A stretch of DNA of 56,748 bases, filler included, from Sphacelaria rigidula (GCA_964200075.2; 6 parts of 6 records of this genome joined end to end with filler, not necessarily neighbours in it), one strand, 5' to 3'; counted from the first letter of the whole stretch, positions 35,226-47,938 are shown. Made by a program: numbers and translations. The notes: a model not told the origin generated them from the sequence alone.

Positions 35226-36503
35226 TGACCGACCCTTGTGTCGGTCATGGCTTTTCTGGTGAGGAAAAGCGTTGTTGTGGGGTTGACCTGGTGTCTCGAC
35301 AAGAAGTATCTTGATATTAGTCTAGCAAGCAGCTGTGGCACCACGATATAGTCATGTTTTCGTGCGATGAGTCGAGGATGCGATTGAGAGTGAGGAGCGG
35401 TCAATCAATGAGTGGAATAGTTTCAATTCCGAAATGCCCCTTCGGACCTTCTAGGAGGCCCTACACTACGCTTTCCGCAGTAGCTTGTCACTGAAGCATT
35501 TTGATATCCCTGAGTAGGACTTCGACGCGTTGCTGTCACGACAACAGTGTTTATAGGAAGAGAAAGGCACACAATTTGAGAAACTGGTGAAGCTTGAGCG
35601 AATAGCGAATGCAGTGATGAAACTCACTCTCAATCAAAACTAGACTCTCAATCTCGCGAACACATTTTTCACTGCAGACAACCGATGTACACCCATCCGT
35701 GCGGACGACCACGGCTGAACACTTGCAACGTGCGTATTTGATCCTATTTTGATCCTGACAATGCAACTCTAGAAAAAACACCCCGAAGTACAAAGGAAAT
35801 GAATGGAGCCGGGAAAAGGGTACACGGCCGCTTTTTCTCCTGAGACAAGAAGTCCGATGTGAGGGACCCAAGCCTCAGTTGGGTACAGTGCCTTTTCATG
35901 CGAAGTGCCCGCCGATCTAAAAGTGTTCCAAATACAGTAGCAAAAATGGACCGTCCCGTGCGGTACACACACCCTACAGACGGAAAAATAAAGAAGCAGA
36001 GTACATTTGATGAACTTCGTGCTCTGGAACGAGGCGGGGTGGTGGAAGAACAACACCACAGTGCCTACTTGTAAATTTTAGGAGTAGGGGCTAGATGACT
36101 TCACGTATTGACCAGCGAAGGGTTTTATGACAACATATGATTCAATCAATGAATCAACCATCATACAGTATGCATGCATGTGTCGTCATAATGTAACCCT
36201 TTGCTCTGTATTATATTCAGATATTATCTGAATACATATCGCCATGGAAACAGTTCTTGATTGGTACCGAAAAATGTGCGATGGAAAAGAAACAAATCGG
36301 GTTTGATACTTGTACGCTTTGGATATACGCAGCAGTACCAGGTGGCAGTTGGTAGTGCGTTATACGCTGTACGAGTAAGACGCGGACTTGACCATAAATG
36401 ACGACCTCCCCTCCCACAGCATTCATCGGAGGATGACCAAACTGTCGGTCGCGTGTCAGTATCGCAATCAAGATCTCACAAGAAAATCTTATCAGCGACG
36501 GAG

Positions 36504-36677
36504 ATGGCGACAGGGGGGAGACATGGCGGGTCAAAAAATGTGTGCTTGACTATGCATCAGCCATGGGCGTCCCTGCTTGTCCGGGGTATCAAGAGAGTCG
36601 AGGGTAGAAGCTGGAGCAGTGAACATCGAGGACGTCTGTGGATACATGCGGCAGCAAAGGTGCCGACCGATGCCGAG
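36504..36677 (+). CDS. Stand-alone ASCH-domain protein (TRIP4/ASC-1 type), first coding exon
   Basis: MATGGRHGGSKNVCLTMHQPWASLLVRGIKRVEGRSWSSEHRGRLWIHAAAK contains the ASCH GxKxxExR signature. Ends at the donor GAG|GTAACG. Later exons not identified. Confidence 0.9.
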
Positions 36678-37800
36678 GTAACGAACGGCCGTTTGTTGTT
36701 GGGTTGTACGTACATCCCTGGACCTGTGTGCTTTTTCTCAGCACGTGTATAGAACACACGCGCACCGACGCACTCTCTCAGCTGTGCAAGAAGTATAGGG
36801 GACCATCCGATAAATTGGGCAAGAAAGAATGGAATCTAATTGATCAGACGTGTGACGTGTGTATCCAATATGCCGTCGTGCTTGATGTACCTGAAAACGC
36901 GAGGTGGTCCACTACGATGGTTGTTGTGCAGGGTATTGTCGCTATGGTCTACCATCATCCTACTGCTCTGTGTCGGTTCGCTTTCATACCCACCGAAGTG
37001 GCGACAGATTCCTCTGCTCACGATGAGATTGCACGTGCGGGGGCGCAAATCCTGAGACGAAGAGCACAAAACTATTCCGAAAAATAAGCTGTGTTTGGGA
37101 CATTGTCTGCTCGGCAGGCGAAAGGGACCTCACCAACTGCAGGACCCATCCTCTCGATGTTAGGAAAAAATCACCATGGGCAAGATCTGAGCCGTGAGCT
37201 CAGATACCATGGATAATGGTGGTGGTGTGAACTGTACTACAATGATTTCTGCCGTGAATTTTCAAGATTTTCCTCATGTCTAGGACGGGGGAGGAAGGTC
37301 ACAAGAGGTGAGCACCGGCAACCGAAAAAAAACGGGTAAACCGATTTTTTCCAGCCGGTGTAACCTGATTCCCAAGGGACAACGCCTGATGACCAAGGGA
37401 CGACTTCCCCCCCCCCCGCCCCGATGTGTGTGTGGGCAGCATACAATCCGCGCACCCCGCACACCCCTTCTGGTACATGCGTACAGAAATAAAACTGAAA
37501 TAAGGAAGAAAACTAAACATGAAATGAAATAGAAATTTTGGAAGAAAAAATAAAATAACATTGAACTAAAGTTTTCTTTCGGTGTATACTTTTGACAGAT
37601 CTGGCGTTTGTTGTTTGTTTGTTTTCTTTCTTTCTTTTGTCTCCCGGTTGAACTCGGGAGAGCTACTCGTACTTCTCACCGGTTTTCGTGGCGTCTCTCT
37701 TCTTATTTTTTATATATTTTGGTAATGTGTCTGGTAAGGAATAGCAAGGACGGTGTTGGAAAGGCGAGCCTACGTCTGTGACCACGGGTTCGCGAGATCG

Positions 37801-37900
37801 NNNNNNNNNNNNNNNNNNNNNNNNNNNNNNNNNNNNNNNNNNNNTTAATTAATTAANNNNNNNNNNNNNNNNNNNNNNNNNNNNNNNNNNNNNNNNNNNN
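37801..37900. other. Artificial contig-joining spacer
   Basis: Same N44-TTAATTAATTAA-N44 structure. Confidence 0.97.
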
Positions 37901-37945
37901 GGGTTGTGGGGTCTGCTACAAAACATGTGAGCTGAGATAAATAGA

Positions 37946-37981
37946 GGGGGGGTGGGTGGGGGGGGGGGGGGGGGGGGGGGG
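37946..37981 (+). repeat. Poly-G tract
   Basis: GGGGGGGTGGGT followed by more than 20 G. Confidence 0.8.
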
Positions 37982-40906
37982 TCTACTTGAATTGCGCTGT
38001 AGGCTCACCCTGAGTGCTTGGTTTGAACGTTGACCTAGCGTCCAATCTTATTCCCGATCTTACTTCCCGAACATGGACCTGAGGCGAATATATGACAACT
38101 GCTCAGGGGTGAGGCCCTGAAAATCGGCCTGACCCTGCCCCCTAGAAGCTGCCTAGGCTGGGTGCATCTGTACCGTTGGCTTCTTCACAGTCGAGGAGTG
38201 GAGCATGATCCGGGGGCACACAAGCGATGACGCATTTACAGTTCGTTGGTCGTGTAAGGCTTGAGGGTGGGTCGAGGGTAATGAAGGAATGCGTCGAGGG
38301 AAAGGCACATAATTTGAAGCGGTTGGTACGTGGCGCGAGAGGGTGATGTATGTTCGGCGCATTCTAGGCTTCACCCTTTCCTACTTGCTCTCCCCACCTC
38401 GAGATATCAGGATTATTTATGCGATGCGAAATTTTCCAGTGAGGTGCCAGGCATGAAGGCGTGGTCGGCGGAAGAAACCCGAAATTTGGTCGATCAACGT
38501 TTTCTCCATGCGAACAAAGCCTCTGCGGAAAGAAAAATGAATATACGAACACTTTTCAGTATTAGGCGGAAAAGTTACGCGGCTCCATTCTCAGTGCCGG
38601 GCTGTGATGGAACGTTAGGGGCGTGCGAAATAGGGAGTCTCGAAGCGTAAAGGATGTAGTGAAGGTGAATATCTGGAAACCAACGAGGTCGCTGTTTTTG
38701 GGTCCTGTTTTCGTAGATGCGCTTGATGTGTACAGCAGAACAAAGCTGTGTTAGGAGTGGAGCGCGGTTTGCAAGCCTGTAATGTTCAGGACATTCTGAG
38801 ACGAGGTAAGAGAGGTTGAGCCATATGTTGTGTTGCATATAGCTGAAAGACTGCGATTTGCTCGCCCGGATCCCACCGTATGGAGGGCTCTCAACCAAGT
38901 AGCCTGAAATCATGGCATTATTCGGGCAATATGGGGCCAATGTAATCCAGGCACATGTGTGGATGGGTCGCCCTACTTTTAGGCTTCCTGCTGAAACGTA
39001 TTTTGTTTTGTCAGAGCCTAAGGCTAACCTCTGACGTAACTTCACCCGAATTTCAACGCAAGGCAGACCGAGAGCCCTCGAGCAAAGAGGGTACCACAGG
39101 GCGCACTAGGCAAAGTGTTCGGTGGCATAGCATGAAATCGATGTCCACGGCGCCCATTCGATCTAAAACGTAAAATAAGCCAAAACGCATGCTGCGCACG
39201 CTATAAAGCTGCTCCGGTCATCGATCAATCACCCCATGAGATGAATACGGGAGAATATTGTAGTTGATATGGTTTACAATGACAGTGATAACATCATTAC
39301 CGAGTATCTGCCGAGTATCTGCATATATCGCGTGTACGCACTGCATGTCCAACCAAAGCCTTCGGTTGTTTCATGAAACTCCGCCGACCGCGTGCGTTAC
39401 GATGTCGGAAAAAAATTGTGCTCGCTCCATCTCTCAGGCTGTAGAAAATATTCAGTCAGGAAGTATGTTTTTGTATGATGTCCCTTCAATGAGTGTTGCT
39501 TACCTGGCTTGATTTTGCCATTTTATTCGGGTACCCAGCAATATATGGCGTGCCCCCACATTACCGCGAAAATGCCACGTTTGTTCCATTTCTCGGGGGG
39601 CCGTTTTCAGAGATGCAATCCTTTGTCGCATACGTGTTCCCCAAGGACCCCGAAGTTCGTTAATGACTGAATTATTTATGTGCACTCGGTTTCGCGGAAT
39701 TCGCAGGGTACCGGCCTTTGTATAGCTGATATTCTCGGAACAATTCGATGTTTGCTCCATTTCTCAAACCGTTTTCAGAAATATGGAAACCCTTTTTCGC
39801 ACCAGTAATCCTTACTGAAGGCCAAGGTTAGCAGTGCCGAGATGATTCCGTAGATGTTTCTTTTCTCCCTTGCTTTCATTGGTTTCATTGCCGTCATTGA
39901 TCTTGCCGGTTTCAGTTTCTTGGTGTCCCGGGCCGTCGAAATAGCGCGATGAAGGAATGAACTCACATACTCGCGCCCTAGGGTTGCCGCTTGCAACACT
40001 GGGTGACATATCGTCTCTCAAGTGTTCACGGGAAAACGACCCAATGTAGTCAGTGGGGCTTGTGGGCTAGCCTTGAACATCTTATCATATAAACGGTGTG
40101 TTTGATTTCTTTCTCATATCGTTTTCAGGCGTTGGTTGGAAAGTGGAGTTTTGGTACGTGTTCCTGAAGTCGAGCCCGTGGTAATCATTGATTGAACGGG
40201 GACCCCCAGAAAACGCTGAAACCAGTCGAAAATTGAATACACGTCCCATTACCGACGGCCCCGGGCTTCAGAAACACGCATAAAACACTTCGCTTCCCAA
40301 CTCTTGGAAACGACGTGGAAAATGACTGCCCACTAAAGTGTGGGCCTGCGTATTGGTCCGTTTCACCAATACAACATGAGGCAGGAATGGGGTAATCCCT
40401 TCATACCACGGAGTCGTCTCAAGGAAAAAATCGCATTGAAAAGTCGTTTCATGAACTCACTGATTCAACAACAATATATCGGCTTCGCCAATTTGTCATG
40501 TATTGGTGCTGTGGTAGCGCAACTTCCACGCGAGGGCGTAGTTAGAGCCAACACCCTGCTGGCGAGGGGACACCGGGGTAGGCACAACCAGATAACAAGA
40601 AAATACGCGTTCTGGCTTAATCTTACAGATGTTGACCGCCCAAGGGTGGCGTTGTTGTTTTTTTGTCGCACTTTGAACCTCCCCCCTTCCTCGGGACGAG
40701 TCCACGATCTCAAGGCATCAAGCTATCCCTCTCCGGTACACGCCTTGCATTTTGGCCTCGCGGATTGGGCCAGCACCCCCGCACCGCGTCAATTCACGTG
40801 AAACATACTCAGTCGACTACTTCGTTAACTCACGTTCTCACGCTTTCCAAAAGTTCTGCGCATACCAAACCCAGTTTTGCCTAGAAGAAGGGGTTCACAA
40901 AAGTGT

Positions 40907-40908
<2 letters not shown>

Positions 40909-40953
<45 letters not shown>
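40909..40953. repeat. (CA)n microsatellite
   Basis: About 22 perfect units. Confidence 0.95.
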
Positions 40954-40954
<1 letters not shown>

Positions 40955-41600
40955 TTTCGGCGCCTTTGCGGAGGCATGCAGTCCATCTATGCTTTTTTTG
41001 TAACCAATATGCTCCGGGGGCGTTGTTTCTGCTCCTGGTCGTCTGCTGGGAGCTGTGCTGCCGCGGAAAGCCCCAGCAGGCCACGTTCGGAGCCAGATAA
41101 TGATGACTCCATGCTCCAGTGTGTGGACTCCAGTGTGTGGAATGAATGTGCACATTCGATGGATAATGACCGGCGGCATGCGTAGGGATGTTTGGTGTGA
41201 TAACGCTGATGATCGATATAAAATAAATTGTGATATTTTGACAGTGAGCAATGTGTATTGGTCCCAATACGCTGCCCTGCTGAACTTGGGGCTTCTTATG
41301 CAGACTGGTTGGTATTCCGTTGCCAGGCTTCCTGAATTCACCTGAACAGGACCATTTATTCAAAGGCTCACTGTTAATAGGACCCTATGGCATGCTCCCA
41401 AAATGTCAAGATGCTGGAAGGTGGGTTTGTCGCCAGTTTGGATATCAAGAGGTTGACCCTTTTACTCTCAGGTTGTGAGTGGCCTCATCCCAGAATTTGA
41501 CATCGTTGAGGCTGTGAAGAAGTGCCTCGCCTCAGCCTGAACCCCCTTTTTTTTCATGAATCTCTTGAGAAAAAATGCGCCTATGATTTGCTGTGCACAG

Positions 41601-42218
41601 GTCACTCACATCTCACGCGTTGACGGAAACTTGAGTATACGCAAGGAGAATGTGCGTGGTGCAGTGTTCAAGCCGACTGTGGAGCGCTCGACCATGACAG
41701 TAGAAGAGTTTGGAGAAATTGAGTTGAACCGGGCGCGCCAGAGGCAGGTGAGGAGACGACACTGAGAATGGTCAACTTTACTTCAAGTAACCCTACCCTG
41801 TCGGTCTGTGGTGAGAGCTTAATGCGTTCAGGCGGGCGGGTGTGGTGGGACAGACCGTTTCCTTTGACTCACTGGCCGTGCTGAAACCGTAGCTTCGTAT
41901 CCTTTATAGTCGTTGCCCGTATCAAATGCCGGAGAATAATGGTATACGAATAGAGCCACGCCCTTTCGAGCTGGTCAAGTAAGTTTGAGGTATGATTCAT
42001 GTTGAAGCAAACCGTTTTATTTCTCTCGTGGATGGTTGTTGCAGGCAAGGGACACAAGTAAACCCTCAACCCGTCGACGCTATGATCAACTCGAGGCGGA
42101 TGGCGATGAAGACAATGAGGAACTGGTTGAGCAGGCGACATATCATGATCGCGACTGGGATAACTGGAAGGACGAAAACCCCAGGGGAGCGGGAAATAAG
42201 GCGAATAAGCGAATCTGA
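41601..42218 (+). CDS. TAP42: TAP42/alpha4 (IGBP1) family PP2A regulator, last two exons
   Basis: Exon 41601-41747 (VFKP..TMTVEEFGE) and exon 42045-42218 (DRDWDNWKDENPRGAGN, the family C-terminal signature). Phase-0 GT-AG intron. Upstream exons not recognised. Confidence 0.88.
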
Positions 42219-42346
42219 CGGCGGCGACACCTTGGTTCGATTTCCCGGGTGTCTTCCGAAATCGCCCTTCATCTAAGCGACGCACGCCCGTATTTGTTCC
42301 ATTGAAAACACTCAGCTTTGCTCCATTGCCAATTGTCGTGGCAAAG

Positions 42347-45300
42347 CTACCGGATTGCTGAGTATATGTACAACTTGTCGTTTCCTGCTACTGCTACGAT
42401 ATCGTCTTGCGGATGCCATGACATGTGAAGAATCTTCTTTCCATAGTCTATTGCACCACTCCCCGCCGCCGCAGCTGCGGAATCGCGCGTCAATCTGCCT
42501 TTCCCCTTTTTCCCGCCACATTTCTTCGATGCGTCCTTACAAACCTGCCGAAACAACGGAGCATTAACGGAGTTGAGCCAATGTTGATACTTTCCATGAC
42601 ACGCCGCACGATGTACGAGGAAAACAAACACCAGATGTTCTTGTAGGCGTCAGCAAGGAGGACTGCAGACTATGAGTGTTTTCTGTATCTCCCTAAGTAA
42701 GAGTGGGAGACCGCATTCATACCGTCGTGGTGGTTTGAACTGGAATCTATTTGACCCGCCATCAACCAAAAATTCCGCATCGTTTCACTACTTGTTTTCC
42801 AGGAGTGTGCTTCGGCTGGAAAAAAGCGGTGCACTAACACTCGTTTCTCCCGTCTGTATCATTTTCGCCACATTGGCTCGATCTCTCAAACGCTTGGTCA
42901 CAGAGTGCAGGGAGCCTACCATCCGTACCCATAAATCAAATAGCCAAAAGAGGAGAGCGAGAAATAACACATCTACACGAGATACGTTTCCCCGACTTTT
43001 TCCGTGTGCACGTATCTGTTGGGAAACTCATGAATTTTGCTAAATATGTGTTTCAAAAACCAGGGCACAGCAAGTTCCTGGTGTCGGAAAATGAGCAGGT
43101 CTTATCATTGTTGAAAATTGCATGCAACGCGTGAACTGGTTCCAATCGTGCAAAACTCCTCCTCTTCTTCTCTGAGCGGCCAAATACAAATATGCCAGGA
43201 AGGTCGCATGGGTCCCCCTTTTCGAGCTGTGCCTGTCGGTGTTTAAGAACCCACCTCAAGTGACCCCTTATTTTGGCCATATCGATCGTAAATATGACAC
43301 ATATTGTTGTAAGAGCCTGTAAGCACACTGTTGGTATCCCCGCTGACCGCGCACTCGAACTTGTCGAATATGCAGTCGTTCTCATATAAGTCGCACAACT
43401 GCAACAGCCGGAAGCACACGATAGGGATGCAGAAAAGGAGTTGTCACTCCCTTGCACCTGTTGTAAGCTTCTGATGATGTCTGGGCGCACGAAACCAATG
43501 TTTTCATCACGTCAAGAGATGGCGGAACAGAAGAAGAACGCCGTGTTCTCACTGCATACGCGTACCTACCGAGCACGTTTCATACTATCGTCCAATACAA
43601 TCGCGAGGGGCGTGCGCGAAGCCTTCGTTTACGTGTTGTGACCACAGCCGGTCGCCCCAAGGGCTCGGTTGGTAACCTCGAGATCTTTTGACGGTTGGGA
43701 CGTGGGTTCGAGTTTCGGTAAAGCCACACGATCTGAGACTGTTGTTCTACCTCACAGTGGAGAGCGACTACGTCGTGGTCACACAAAACTCGACTCCACG
43801 TTCGACGAGGGAAATGGACTGTTGAACCCTCCCCGCGACAGAAGCTGCGACGAAAGGTAAGGAAAGCACCACGAAAGGAAAGTGGAGTACTCATAATAAA
43901 AACGAAACTCCGGTGTGTACCTTTCTTCCTGTGTGACCCTGGCTGATACGCCCATACGTACCGGATGATGTAGACTGGCGTCTGGAACATATGGAGTAAC
44001 AACACACAACACTCACGACACTTCACGTGACACAAAATAATATGCTACCGTAAGCACCACTCGATTTTATATTCGTTGGCCGTTGAGCAGTTGTTTCTTC
44101 ATTACATCAACATCCGCAATCAAGCAGTGGCATCGAAATTTCCACCGGTAACGTTTTTAGTGTGCACCACCCCAAATGCTATGCGACAGGCACCGAGGTT
44201 CAGCGATTGCATACCTGAGGACGTAAATGCTCATGGACGTTGATTGTTTTCACCGGTCGCGCCTCCATATTCACGTCCCAAAGCTTGAGAGTCATGTAGT
44301 CTCGTGATATGATATATCGTCCATCTGGAGTGCTCTTGATGTCGGATATTGATGCAACAATCTCCGAAAAAAAGGACTTGGTGCTTAGTTCAGCTGGTCT
44401 CTCCAAAACTGTCATTCATCACCAGAAAGGCGGGAACAAATTGATGTGTGGTGCTTGCAATAAAATCAGGATATTTTTGCTGCAGCGTTTTTACGCGCAG
44501 TGTGTTCGTACGACAACTCGTGTCATGTATCAAGTAGTAGCTCACAGGGAGCACAGGCCGGTCTCGGGAACTTATGCCGACTTCCCAATAAACGAGCTTG
44601 TGTAGCTTTATCGTGACCGAGGACGAAGGACAATCGCATGCAGTCATCATATGACCTCATCACCTTTGGCGTGACGATCACACAGCGCGGATGCTCTCAT
44701 GTCCCCCATCTTGATGCACCCACGACTGCTGCTGTATAAAAATACATGGCAATGCGATGCTTGAAAAACCGCTGCAGTGATTACCTCCGTCAGTTCCTCC
44801 ATGCTTTGGGGTTTAATATCCAGAATATCTGTCGCAAGTGATCGTAGACCATCCCATGGTCGGTGTATGTCGGGCAACGAGGTTGTGTGCAGCGTTGACC
44901 AGTGTATGCTGCGGTGCGTTGACTATGGTATATGTACCAAAACATCCCTAAGAAACTCAGCGGTTCCTGGGGCTGCAGAAATAGGCGCAACAGGCAAGGG
45001 TCAATGTAGACCGTTTGTCGTGATGCGCAAGTAATGCGGAGTACTGAAGTGAGGGGTATTTGCCAAGATAAAGGCCAAGATGACGCAAGGTTTTCACCTC
45101 ATGCTAGCTTGAAAATTATGGATGTAAAGATGATTCGATGCCATCGCTAACACGGAACGTTCACTCTTGGCTCAACAGTACTCACTATAGCTTCGATCCG
45201 TGATCTCCAGGTTCCACAGATTAATCCTCAAGTCGTCAGTTGAGATGAAGTGCTCTCCATCGCTATTTGGATCTATAGAGTTGACGTGATACGCATGAGC

Positions 45301-46372
45301 GTTTGCAAATACCCTGCGTGGGCTTGATGCAATGACGGTACCGGCTACCGATACTTGAGGGAGCTCCAGCGTCTGCCCCCCTCTTCGTGATATTCTCTCC
45401 GGATAAGCCACCTTCTTCATCCTTTTCTCGCGGATTTTCCACAGTTTGACGGTTTTATCTGCCATTACGCGATGCACACGGCCATCGCATCGGTCATGGC
45501 GTTCACACCAGCGATAGGCATGGGTAAAGCTGTATTAATTCTCTTTTAGCGAAGTCCATGGAAGTGTAATAGTTGCTGGGTACAGACGAACCATCTCAGG
45601 TGCCTGATAATCTTACTACGCTAACACGAATGCTAGTATCGGCACGTTGGCTGCAAACTAGAGCATGAGGCAAGCAAGCGACTACTGATGGAACAGAAGC
45701 CGTGGCACGAAGCGAAGGGCTCACCGTTCGTGGAGAGAAGGAACAGAGCACCATTTGCTCTCGGGCACCACTTAATTGCATTGATTTTTTCCTCGATCTC
45801 CAGGCTCTTCAAGTAGTCAAACTCCGTTTCGTGCGATTGGAATTCTGTGAAAAATTTGTAGTCATTGGCACGTCGCACCTTCCCACTGGAGGTAACCTGC
45901 AGGCCATATGGGGCGCGTTTGCTGTCAACAACAATGCAAAGAGGCATTCATGATGTCCCTACGGTTGCGTTTTCTCGGTTATCTAGACAATATCCACGAT
46001 GGTCATTCCCCACTACCAACAGCTTGGGAGTGGTTTGACCTCCACGGGGGGACTCACTCTCCGAGAACTATCAATTTGTGTGTACTCCGCACTACATCCA
46101 CGAACTAAGATGCTTCAACTCGAGGACGGGCATCGCCCTCACGGTAGCCAGCCTTCCGTGGAAGCATGATTTCTCTTTGTTGGCATCGATGGTGATTTGA
46201 GAACACTATTGTCAGTTTTGTTGGATGTTGTGTCTGGTTTGGATTCCAACCCGACAATTGTGCGGAATTGACTCATGAGATCAACTAAGTCTTTCGATGA
46301 GTCACCTGAAAAGTGTATTTCACTATGAATCTCCCTTGGACTCGTAATGGATCTTCGAGTGCGTGCTGTTGA
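42347..46372 (-). CDS. PPP2R2: PP2A regulatory subunit B55/PR55 (WD40); first exon(s) missing
   Basis: Exons 46372-46143, 45885-45725 ([21 protein letters not shown]), 45458-45186 ([18 protein letters not shown]), 44828-44664 ([15 protein letters not shown]), 44408-44215 ([22 protein letters not shown]), 43398-43255 ([11 protein letters not shown]) and 42544-42347 ([10 protein letters not shown]). All GT-AG with matching phases. Confidence 0.96.
43647..44012 (+). mobile_element. tRNA-derived SINE, apparently full length, in a B55 intron
   Basis: A-box-like GGCTCGGTTGG, B box GGTTCGAGT, body shared with 25125-25312, and tail shared with 47375-47511 ending in CA-rich sequence. Confidence 0.82.
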
Positions 46373-46916
46373 CTGTTCGAACACAAAACGTGTTATCAGG
46401 GCTTCGTCTAATGGAGGTGATCATGGTGGCAACGGAAGTCCGGCCGAAAAGGACACAGCTGGAGCAGGTTTTTCTAGCCGCATCAGTCTGGTCACAGAGC
46501 CGAGACGCGTACAGTGTGTGCGCGTCCGCGCGCGCGTGGAGAGCACGTTCCTGACGTTCCTAGAGTTCCATGTTTCCGGCCTCCTAGAAAAAGTCTACGG
46601 GGTAATTTTCCACAACCAATAGCTTACTAACCGTCTGGTCCCCGCGAGGGTTTCACGCTCTCTCTCTGAGAACGATCAACCCGCACGTGCTCTGCACTGC
46701 ATCCACGAACCTAATGGACTCTGTAGAGCGCGAACACTGCCCTCACGGTAGGCAATCTGGGAGCACAATGTTCTCAGTAACAATGAACTTTGAGTGTACC
46801 GAGGGTACCTGTCGACTGGGACTTTGGACACACAGGCACCCCCTCCCCCCCCCACGTTGAGTGGCAATGGCGCTGTAAAACAAGCCACCAAAACCTAAAC
46901 AAATGTACAGACTATC

Positions 46917-47274
46917 ACGAAATAGAGAAGCTAACCTCCTTCTTATTTAATCTACCATAACACAGCCCGGACATAGACATGAAATAATAGAAAAGCTAAC
47001 CCCCCTTTTTATTTACCCCACCATAACACAGCCCGGACATAGACATGAAATAGAACAGCTAACCCCCCTTTTTATTTAGCCTACCATAACACAGCCCGGA
47101 CATAGACATGAAATAGAAAAGCTAACCCCCCTTTTTATTTAGCCTACTATAACACAGCCCGGACATAGACGTGAAATAGAAAAGCTAACCCCCCTTTTTA
47201 TTCAACCTACCATAACACAGCCCGGACATAGACATGAAATAGAAAAGCGAACCCTCCTTTTTATTTAGCCTACT
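46917..47274. repeat. 63-bp minisatellite, nearly six units, running into the contig end
   Basis: GCCCGGACATAGAC starts at 46965, 47031, 47094, 47157 and 47220. Confidence 0.95.
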
Positions 47275-47374
47275 NNNNNNNNNNNNNNNNNNNNNNNNNN
47301 NNNNNNNNNNNNNNNNNNTTAATTAATTAANNNNNNNNNNNNNNNNNNNNNNNNNNNNNNNNNNNNNNNNNNNN
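47275..47374. other. Artificial contig-joining spacer
   Basis: Same N44-TTAATTAATTAA-N44 structure. Confidence 0.97.
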
Positions 47375-47468
47375 CTGTGTTGACCTTCTTCGTGTGTGAC
47401 CCCGGCTGATGCGCCCACATACACCGAAAGGTGCAGACTGGCGCCCAGAATAAATGGGACGGCAACAC

Positions 47469-47511
<43 letters not shown>
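47375..47511 (+). mobile_element. 3' tail of the same SINE with a (CA)n tract
   Basis: TGTGTGACCCCGGCTGATGCGCCCACATAC..AGACTGGCGCCCAGAA matches 43930-43990, followed by about 20 CA units. Confidence 0.8.
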
Positions 47512-47513
<2 letters not shown>

Positions 47514-47632
47514 CGGTAGCTGTGCTCCCTCACCCATCGGTTGAAAACGTGAACCTACTTCAACTTCCACCGTGCCTTAGCTGCTCACCGACTCTTGTCG
47601 CGATTTTTCCATTGCTGCCGCTGCAAATGCAG

Positions 47633-47938
47633 GACTACATGGAGAGGAATCTCGCTCCTGTAGATCAAGACGATCGATCGGGCACACTCTCTCGCTCGGC
47701 GAAGAAGTCCGTAGCTGCCGGAGTAGCCGGCGCGGCTTTGACGAACCCCTTAGACGTGCTCCGAAACGAGATGTTTAAAACAGATTTGTCCGTTGGGAAG
47801 GCCTTGGCGAAGTTACGAAGAGAGGAAGGAGCCCAGTTTATGATCCGGGGGATGAACAAGAACCTTGTTGCTGTGGCGATTCCAATTGCCGTTACGATCT
47901 TTATGACTGATTTTTTGGTGCGCATAACCGAGAGTTGA
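47633..47938 (+). CDS. Mitochondrial carrier (SLC25) family protein, last exon
   Basis: AAGVAGAALTNPLDVLR matches Px[DE]xx[KR], followed by REEG..F.IRG. AG acceptor at 47631-47632 after a pyrimidine-rich tract. Confidence 0.87.
   Translation, partial: DYMERNLAPVDQDDRSGTLSRSAKKSVAAGVAGAALTNPLDVLRNEMFKTDLSVGKALAKLRREEGAQFMIRGMNKNLVAVAIPIAVTIFMTDFLVRITES

Noticed and set aside
40877..41363. ORFs containing HTHTHT or VCVCVC runs
   Set aside because: Translations of the (CA)n microsatellite.
38400..41480. Candidate upstream TAP42 exons or another small gene
   Set aside because: Several AG..GT segments are open, but none shows TAP42 similarity and I could not build a consistent model.
43647..43725. 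tRNA gene
   Set aside because: A and B boxes are present but there is no convincing cloverleaf, and it continues into a dispersed repeat body, so it is called a SINE.
46917..47274. CRISPR-like array
   Set aside because: Units are near-identical along their whole length with no unique spacers; it is an ordinary minisatellite.
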